From: Octopus vulgaris
Taxonomy: Eukaryota
Assembly: GCA_951406725.2 (NCBI GenBank)
Contig: OX597818.1
Span: 10,230,001 to 10,294,000 of the forward strand
DNA: 64,000 nt
Direction: 5' to 3'
Shown here: positions 55,311 to 64,000 of the stretch, piece after piece
How positions within the stretch are numbered: position 1 is the first letter of the stretch
Layout of the letters: each line of letters begins with the position of its first letter
The notes under the pieces: model-generated
Database searches by the model: none
What the model was told of the DNA's origin: nothing
Seen by the model: the letters and a program-made list of their open reading frames with translations, nothing else
Translations under genes and position numbers: made by a program

Positions 55311-56127
55311 GCATGCATACATACCTATATACATTACATAGTGGATTTTTCATCCTTGATGTCAGAAATAAATGGAACAAAAGTACTACGGTTACAGTCA
55401 ATTTATTAGAATGTATTCGAGCGTAAACTATACCAAAGGCATTGCAATATTTTATAGCCATTTAAATATTACATTTGCAATATATGGATTGACGCAAGCG
55501 CTTGGGACGCGGTTGATATAGACACCTGAAAGCTAGCTTGACATAATCTGAGCACATTATCGTTATCTCTGATAATTATGAACAAGAACCTAACTTGTAT
55601 TGGACTTTGAGCACCGACAGAGAAGAAAATTGCTGATGACAAGAGCATTTCTTGCTCGGCAGTTCAGTTCAGATGTGAATTGAATGAAGTTGAGTGATTG
55701 TGTGTTTTTATATTAATCACGATGGTGATGATGTTAGCCTCACCACACCTCCCACCGTCAGAAAAGTCTATATGATAATTTGGTAATTAAAGAAAAATGA
55801 AGAGATGTCAAGGATGATAATGATTATAATGATGACGACGACGACGATAGTGACGATGGCGATGATGATGATGATGATGATAACGTCTACGACGACGATG
55901 ATGATGATGATGATGATTATAACGACTACGACGATGATGATAATGATGTTGATGCTAGCGATGACAACGGTGTAGATGATGGATGTGGCAAAGAGTCAAA
56001 GATAGTGACAGTATTTATCAATATCTTTTTTATAATGTGTTCAAGCTTGATATTAACTGATAATCGCTGATGTTTAACCCCAGGTCTGTTTGGATCTATA
56101 GAGTTATAATCAAAAAGCATGTCCCCA

Positions 56128-56170
<43 letters not shown>

Positions 56171-56506
56171 TTGCTTTGTTTCTTTTTATCAGGAAAAGAA
56201 CTTACTACATTGGCAAACGTTTGCTATAAGAAGGCAGGTATGATTTGAGAGAAATTTGACTGCTCTATCTATCAACCAAATCTCCCTCAAATCGCACCAT
56301 GTCGTCGCTAGCTCGTAAACTGAAGGTACAATTGCTCATCAAAGCATATGCTATTTAATGCCAATTTTACACAACCCCAAGAATTACCTGTAGAAGTCTG
56401 AGAGAACAAAACTTCGTTTAGGGAATGTTTTTAATAAAACTGGCACAATACTAGGATGTGTATGTACGTGTGTCTGATTGTATATGTGTAATTATGTGTG
56501 CACATA

Positions 56507-56833
56507 TTCTTTTATTATTTTACTTGTTTCAGTCATTTGACTGAGGCCATGCTGGAGCACCGCCTTTTGTCGAACAAATCAACCCCAGGACTTATTCTTT
56601 GTAAGCTTAGTAGTTATTCTATCGGTTTCTTTCGCCGAACCGCTCTGTTGCGGTGACGTAAACACACCAACATCGGTTTCAAGCGTTGGTGGGGGACAAA
56701 CACAGAATACAAATACATACATACATACATGCATACATACATACATACATACATACATACATACATACATACATACATACATACATACATACATACATAC
56801 ATACATACATACATACATACATACATACATACA

Positions 56834-56867
<34 letters not shown>

Positions 56868-57082
56868 CTATTATTAATATAGGATGAAGTTTTTTACAGA
56901 AAAAATTTCATCAAAAAGTGGCTGCATATCAAAATATCTTTAAAGGTTAAAATTAAAATTATAAACAACTTTCAGTACAACGTATTCTGTAGTGAGTATA
57001 TAATATGTGAAAATTGACGATTTAAAAGTCTGTTATCAGGATATTGGCATAGAAATCATTTTCTTTTGCCCTTGTTTATAAG

Positions 57083-57124
<42 letters not shown>

Positions 57125-57288
57125 GACAGGCTTCTTTCAGTTTCCGTCTACCCAACCCACTCACAGAGTTTTGGTTCGCCCGAGGTTTTAGTAGAAGGCA
57201 CTTACCCAAAGTGTCACGCAGTGGGACTGAACCCGGGACCATGTGGTTGGTAAGCTAGCTACTTACTACACAACCACTCCTGCGCCTA
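56507..57288 (-). mobile_element. SINE family A split by a ~220-bp insertion in its internal microsatellite
   Basis: 3' half 56507-56712, 5' half 57123-57288; unrelated sequence 56868-57090 between (TACA)n and (TA)n. Confidence 0.85.
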
Positions 57289-57988
57289 TGTGCATATGAA
57301 TGTTTGACCTCAGATGACGAGGGCACTGAAATGTCCACTTCATGAGTGTACATGTGCAATCGCGAGCTAATGAGTCTAAGTGCTCCTATTTAGTCACTTG
57401 CCTGTTAGAAATAGAAGGCTATCTCTCTCAAATTGAATAGTCTTTCAAAGTGGGCAGGGAATTCACTTGATGGTGTAGACGTAACAGAAGTATGGATGAT
57501 TACGGTTAGAACAGCTCTGATCTTCGGTTATTCAATTAGAGTTGGAATGAAGCAACAACGACACTAGTCTGATAATTGGGATTATTAATATGAGAAAAGC
57601 ATTTCAGAGAATAACAGTTTCTTTACATGAAAGAAAAAATACCAATTACATTGCACAAACCTATTCATCATTGTTGTATTGACACATTATAGAAAGACTC
57701 ATCTTGACAACACCAGCTTACATGTTCGTTTTTCCAACTTGCAGCATGCATTCAAACGATATCTCGATACACTTACAAATCTTACACAAAGACTTTTTGA
57801 CGGCTCCAACAACAAAAACATCCTAGATACGCCATCTTAACTGTCATCGACATCAGTAAAACATTTCAATTTATTCTCTGCTATACACTTATTCACAAAA
57901 TATTCAAAAACTCATGAAACAGCAAAAAACATTTTTCGAATCTGCCACTCAAAGTTAGCTAAGTTGCACAGAGTATAACAATGATCTA

Positions 57989-59385
57989 TCAGGTTGCCTA
58001 AAAAGTAAGCAACGTATTGAAACATGAAATTCGTCACAATATATTTCAACAATGTGAAAATTTTATTCATCAAAGTAAGTACCATTACAATCAACACATT
58101 TTTACCAACAAGTTTTGTTTATTACGGTAACATAAAATCTGGAGCTAATGAACTCTTTGATCTCACTTACAGCATCGGTTTGAATTTTGAACTCCTTCTC
58201 TCGCAGGAAACCATCAAGGTGCTTGAAAAAGTGGTAGTCGGTAGGAGAAAGGTCTGGGGTATAAGCTGGGTGGGGAAGAACTTCGTAGCCAAGTTCTCTC
58301 AACTTCTAGAGCGTCATTAGGGAAACTCGTGGTCGAGCATTGATCAAAGTGTTCATCAGCTCCAGATTTTTATGTTACCGTAATAAACAAAACTTGTTGG
58401 TAAAAATGTGTTGATTGTAATGGTACTTACTTTGATGAATAAAATTTCCACATTGTTGAAATATATTATGATGAATTTCATGTTTCAAAACGTTGTTTAC
58501 TTTATAGTCAGCCTGTTGACCAGTCTGGGACGAAGGAGTAACAGTTTTTCGTTCATTTTGGTAATTTCAAGGCAATGTTTCTCCAGTAATGGTTTTTTCC
58601 GGGTTTTAAGAAGTTATAGTGGGTGAGTCCAGCAGTACACCACCAAACAGTCACCATAACCTTCTTTCTGAAGAGCTCGGTTTAGGGAAGGGTTTTAGTG
58701 CTTCATTTTGGTCCAACCATTGCGAAGAACGGTTTTTTATTATTGTACAGAATCCACTTTGCATCACAAGTTACAATATGGTCGAGAGATGGATCGGTCT
58801 GGTTACGGAGAAGAAGCGACGATCAAATTTTATATCTGCGCATTTTCTGATTTTCATTCAAATTGTGTGGTACCCATTTGTCGAGCTTCTTTTTTTTCCG
58901 ATTGCTTGCAAATGGATTCAGGCTAACTTGAAGATCTTTTGCCAGTTCTAGTGTGATTTTACGTGGATTTTTCTCAATGTCGGTCTTTAATTGACTGTCA
59001 TGATAAATGGGCATCCACTACGCTCACGATCTTCAAGGCTCAGGTCTCCACTGCGAAATCGTTTAAACCTTGTTCGAGCTGATCGCTCACTGGTCATGTC
59101 CTCACCAAACGTTTCGTTGATATCGCGAGCAGTTTCAGCTGCTTTACGTCCGTTTTTGAAGTTGAATAGCAAAATTGCTCGAATATCGCGCTTTGACAGT
59201 TCCATTTCAGATAATTGTAACAACGGTGAAAAAAATATCAAAGCTAATTTATTGATGCATTTGGACAAGTCTATATCTGTATTATCAGACAATTGCAAAA
59301 ATATGTATAAAAGAATTCGAAACTGTAAAAATCCGGTACAAATTCTTCATGGTTCAAAAAGTTGCTTACTTTTTACTCAATCTGA
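57989..59385 (-). mobile_element. Mariner (DD34D-type) transposon with pseudogenised transposase
   Basis: TIRs TCAGGTTGCCTAAAAAGTAAGCAACGTATTGAA / TCAGATTGAGTAAAAAGTAAGCAACTTTTTGAA, TA on both sides; MELSKRDIRAILLFNFKNGRKAAETARDIN (ATG 59205), WVPHNL, VTCDAKWILY, NARP, HPAYTPDLSPTDYHFF. Confidence 0.92.
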
Positions 59386-59650
59386 TATATTTTCAACTGC
59401 TTCTTTTTACATTATATTTATGCGATAATCTCCCACATTCAAAAATCATGTACTTGCATATTATTAATTAAAAACTTACACGTATATGATATAATTAAAT
59501 TACCATACTACTCTGCTTGAAGATCTGCACAAATATTCTAACACTATATCAAGGTCCTCATTTCAAGCCAACTAAAATTAGCCCCTACTAAATCTATTGC
59601 CTTCTTATAAATAGCAAATCAAAGATTAGACGCTAGATGACATCACATAT

Positions 59651-59856
59651 GGGTGCAGGCGTGGCTGTGTGGCAAGAAGCTTGCTTCTTAACCACATGGC
59701 TCCGGGGTGTGAGTGAAATTAGTGTGTTTATGTCTCCGTAACTTAGTGGTTCCGCAAAAGGGACCTATAGAATCAGTCCTGGGGTTGATTTGTTCGACTA
59801 AAACCCTTCAAGGTGCTGCTCTAGCATGACTGAAACAAGTAAAAGAATAAAAGAAT
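59651..59856 (+). mobile_element. SINE family A with internal deletion
   Basis: Head joined directly to the 3' part. Confidence 0.8.
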
Positions 59857-60190
59857 ACCCCACATGGAACGGCTTACAACATGAGAATTCAAACGAACCA
59901 GCGATGAAGCCTCTACGTGGTTTTTCAAACTACTTCAAATAACAACGAAATCTTTCTCGGGTCACCTTGATACCTGTTTTATTTGGATGGACCCTCATAA
60001 ACGTTCGATATTTAAAAAATAATACATCCTTATGGTTAAATATTATTAGGAATTGTATTGTATAAAAAATTGTTGTAATATTTTGTGTGTTGTAGAAGTA
60101 TAAGTCATTTATTGCACATAGATTATAACAACACAATCTTATATGGACCCGCAAGGACCACTGGCCCCCGGTTGAGAACGGCTGTTCTAA

Positions 60191-60360
60191 CGTCCTGAAG
60201 ACGGAAGGAAAATGTTGGATAATATTGCCCTAGCCATAGTTTTCAAATATGTCTAAGGCAATATTTTAGTTTTAATCAGTCAGGATGCTCGCGGTTGGAA
60301 TTCCTTTAATCATAGGTCTGATCAATCAGGGATGACCTAGGGTTAAACAACATACAACAA
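60191..60360 (+). mobile_element. Old interspersed repeat (family C) ending in GACCTAGGGTTAAACAACA
   Basis: Related fragments at ~230-295, 5240-5385, 42250-42425(-), 43510-43700, 44370-44510, 45850-46050(-), 56070-56270(-), 57410-57560. Confidence 0.5.
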
Positions 60361-60769
60361 ATACAACCCGTTTAACACGACATAGTCTCTGATGTGCGGT
60401 TTTTGTATTCGTGTTCATTAGAACTTGACTATCATATTTAATTTTCTTTCTTTGTTCCTAAGCATTTTTTAATTATCTCTAAAATAACCGAATATTAAAT
60501 TATTTACGCTGATTTACACAGTATGTAGCAGAGATGATAAATACTTGTAAATATGATTATAGATTTTCATTCCAAAACAAATGACACTAAATATGTTTAT
60601 ATCGGATCATCAATTGAAACGCTTGAGCCGTTTGAATGCTGTCTCTTCTTGGAAAACATGAACTCATTACCCCTATTAGACTGATCGTTGTTCACTCAGG
60701 CTGAAATCATAATTTAGTTCCTTAGTATCGTATTGATATAAATAATTAAATAGTAAACCGTTGCGTCTA

Positions 60770-62030
60770 TCAGTTTGAAATGGCTGGCTGCCGAGCATCC
60801 CACGATAATATGTGCGTGGCAACGGCAGCCGCCGCATTCTGATTTAAATCTATTTCGCCTGCATGTGCAGTGGCGTCCGTCATAATTTACTGGTGTACAA
60901 GAATAGACCAGGCAACGAAAGAAAACTTACCCAACAGTGTGACTCTGTCTATCTCCACTTTTATTGTTCTACATATTGCATTTATACAAGAAAAAAGGAC
61001 TTGAACAGAGTCAGAGCTGGGTATAAACAACAGTAACAGTTATAGCAGATACAACATGCCTTTAAACAACAAATGTCATATGACTATTTAATGTGACTAT
61101 TTCTGATGTACAACAGCTTATATTTCTAGTAAGAAATGCGAATATAATTATTCCATTTTCATAATCACGTAACTAATTTATTCGTCTGCAATCCATTGCT
61201 TCAAGTGCCTTACATTCTACTATTCTTCTTCACCTTACTATATTATTTAGTCATAAACTCCCACTACAGTTCACCTATAGGGTTTTCTGTAACATGTACC
61301 TCCCTTATGAGTTAACGGCGGAGCCGCTACACGGACATTCAGCTTGCTTGGCATAGCAAGTAAATTTCCCTTGAACTGCATCCCACCGTCTACAAAAATA
61401 CACATTGAATTACGTAACCTTAGAAAAAAATCATGAAAAAATGACATTGAATGGTTGGTGCTTAATAACAATGATACTCCACACACACATCGATTTACTT
61501 TTCATTAAAATAGTACTATATATGTTACGTAGAACGGCCCTTCAAGAGAGCCTCCTTATTTCTTCCGCAGATCAGTAACATAGAAAGAACATGCTTTCAA
61601 TAGCCATCTATGAATCATAAACCGTTTACAGGCAAGTTAGTCGTAATAGTTGTCTGGAGATAACATCCCATGAATCTGCTGTCTGAAAGCACAATATATA
61701 TCGTCCCAGCTGACGAGAATCCCATGTATATTTCAGTCTAGTTGAGCTTTGTCAATGGCATGTACGGGCAGCAAGCCAGCTGCATGCACGGTATACAAAA
61801 CGACGAATAAAATAATCACTGGTATTGCAAAAAACCACCTGACTGGATAAAAATAGGTATACGTAACTGCCGCATTCTTCCAGAGACAAATTCTTTTATG
61901 GAGGTGATCCACGTTACTGGGTCTACTTTTCGTCTCGTTCCGATATATGCAGTATCATTAAACATATCATGCTCATAAAAGATGCCATCTCTGGTCAAAT
62001 ATCGCAGTAACTTACCAGTCAACGATGTAG
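60770..62030 (-). pseudogene. Possible heavily decayed EGF-repeat (fibropellin/Notch-like) coding sequence
   Basis: Colinear Cys-rich fragments in shifting frames: IDVCVEYHC, GYVIQC, HKGGTCY, IVECKAL/CRRIN/SY, YSCTPVNYDGRHC/EIDLN; many stops and frameshifts. Recognised by eye only. Confidence 0.35.
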
Positions 62031-62130
62031 TTACTTTAAGTAACAGACGGCTATTTTAATGTAATAGTACTTTTGTTGCCTATACTGAATGTGCTTACAT
62101 CTTCCTTTCACCCACAGAGAATCTTGGACT

Positions 62131-62369
62131 AATATGTGTTTGTGTGTATCTGTGTCTTTGTGTCTGATTGTGTGTATGCCTTTGTGTCTATGTTTGCCCC
62201 CACCAACGCTTGACAACCGGTGTTGATGTGTTTACGTCCCTGTAACTCAACAGTTCAGCAAAAAAGTTCAACAGGCTTTAAAACGTAATTGCTGGGGTCG
62301 ATTCTTGATTCGCTCTACTAAAATTCTTCAAGGCGGCACTCCAGAATGGCCGCTGTGAAACAAGAAAAG

Positions 62370-62370
<1 letters not shown>
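62131..62370 (+). mobile_element. SINE family A, 3' half
   Basis: GCTTGACAACCGGTGTTGATGTGTTTACGTCCC...GGCGGCACTCCAGAATGGCCGC. Confidence 0.75.
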
Positions 62371-62418
<48 letters not shown>

Positions 62419-62466
62419 CACATACATACATACATACATACATACATACATACATACATACATACA

Positions 62467-62497
<31 letters not shown>

Positions 62498-63051
62498 GTA
62501 TGTATGTATGTATGTATATATACATACTCAAACACAGATGTTTAACACTACTTCAGTACTTTGAACTCGTATCCTTCAGGCATAATGAAAGGGGAACAAA
62601 AATGATAGCGATGAAAGAAGGCTCAAGCCCATGATGCCGATGTCAATGGTGTGAAACCAGCAGTTTGCTAAATCCATGGTTACTGACAGATAGAGACGTC
62701 CTAAAAGTTCTGAGCATCGCTAATGATAAAATCTCGTCTCTTAATTATTCTTTTTCATTCGTACGGATGGCGTCTCTGACTAATCAACACTTTGAATTAT
62801 ATTTTTTAATTAAATAGACGTTGGCCAGTATCTCTATTACTACTGAAATACCAGTCAACTGACGTGCTATGTTGTTGAGGTTAGAGAAAACCAACGATCA
62901 AATGCATCCCGTCTATGAACACTCTGCTTTGGAAATAAACACTATCCAATATTTCCTGCCAGTTTTAAGACGGAATGATGTTACTTTGGGGACTTGGGGC
63001 CAGATTATCTGCCATGTCTAACAAATAGAACGACTACATGAAGTCTTATTC

Positions 63052-63101
<50 letters not shown>

Positions 63102-63256
63102 TCTCTCTCTCTCTCTCTCACGCTCTCTCCTTCTCTCCCTGCCTTTTCTCTCTCGCTCCCTGTTTTTGTCTCTCTCTACTTTTCTATCTCACGCTCTCCT
63201 GTCTTTTTTCTCTCTTTCTCTCTCTCACTTTCTCTCTTTCTCATTCTCCCTTCCTT

Positions 63257-63399
63257 TTTTTCAAATTACGCCAAAGTTGACATTGCTTATCATCCTTTTG
63301 GGGTCGATAAAATAAGTACCAGATGAACACTGGCGTTGCTGTAATCGGTTCATACGCCTTTCCTGAAATTGCTGGTCCTGAGCCAAGTTTTGAAACCAA
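63257..63399 (+). mobile_element. SINE family B, 5'-truncated
   Basis: CATCCTTTTGGGGTCGATAAAATAAGTACC and tail type 2. Confidence 0.75.
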
Positions 63400-63426
63400 T
63401 ATCTGCTACTCTAGTTTGTGGTGGTA

Positions 63427-63505
63427 GTGTCATTATGGTTTATCCTTAAGTACTGACTTAAGGATAAACCATAATGACACCATAATGACACCATAAACCA
63501 TAATG
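63427..63505. repeat. Perfect 25-bp-arm hairpin with adjacent templated tandem copies
   Basis: GTGTCATTATGGTTTATCCTTAAGT-ACTG-ACTTAAGGATAAACCATAATGACAC followed by CATAATGACAC and CATAAACCATAATG. Confidence 0.9.
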
Positions 63506-64000
63506 GCTGAATAAACTTTAAATACATTCAAGGCTTAACGACTCCGTCTTTTCCTTAGAAGCAGTGCGTCTTGAACCGCATTATCTAGTGTGAAAATCCT
63601 TTCTTAAGACACACTGTGTGTATTTTTGCGGATAATTTGGCAGCCATTTCTTACAACTCCAGTGAACACAAAAGAATTCATTTTCGCCTGTCTTTGTTGT
63701 TCTATAAAGCTGTTTTAAAAAGTATGACTAAAAGATGTACCTTCCTCCCCAACTCTCCTGACAAACTGTAAAAAGCCGAGTTGCTAGTTGGCAGAATTAG
63801 GTTTCAACGTTGAACAGGTAGAGCCACTTACATAGTAACTCTGCCAGGTTCTCACAGACATATAGCCATATATTAAGTTGTATACCAAAATTTATTAATG
63901 ATATGTGAATGTAAATGCTGAACTCTGGATGTGATGCAATGGATATGCATGTCATGTGGATTCACTCTCTAGAACGAGGACACATGATATGTATACGATT

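Noticed and set aside
60140-60185. hAT-like terminus GGTTGAGAACGGCTG
   Set aside because: Matching left TIR and 8-bp TSD not found.

Overview
AT-rich (microsatellite-laden) eukaryotic non-coding DNA, almost certainly from an octopus (coleoid cephalopod) genome judged by its tRNA-derived SINE families; it looks intergenic or intronic. No intact protein-coding gene can be supported, and nearly all listed ORFs are microsatellite artefacts. The window holds about 25 copies of tRNA-headed SINEs, Penelope-like element (PLE) remnants (RT at ~430-905, GIY-YIG at ~26345-27442), a Tx1/L1 LINE 3' end, an R4/Dong-type 3' end, a DD37D maT transposon, a DD34D mariner with an internal inverted terminus, Helitron 3' ends, a foldback MITE and a possible decayed EGF-repeat pseudogene. 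The most notable signal is a set of short, (TA)n-embedded, non-coding modules carrying type I hammerhead ribozyme (HHR) motifs. They cluster at 28.3-29.75 kb, where two are duplicated head-to-head as near-perfect palindromes, so the same hammerhead motif is encoded on both strands. Several share non-canonical core features (U.U closing stem II; a family lacking GAAA). All folds were derived by eye and no ribozyme activity has been shown.
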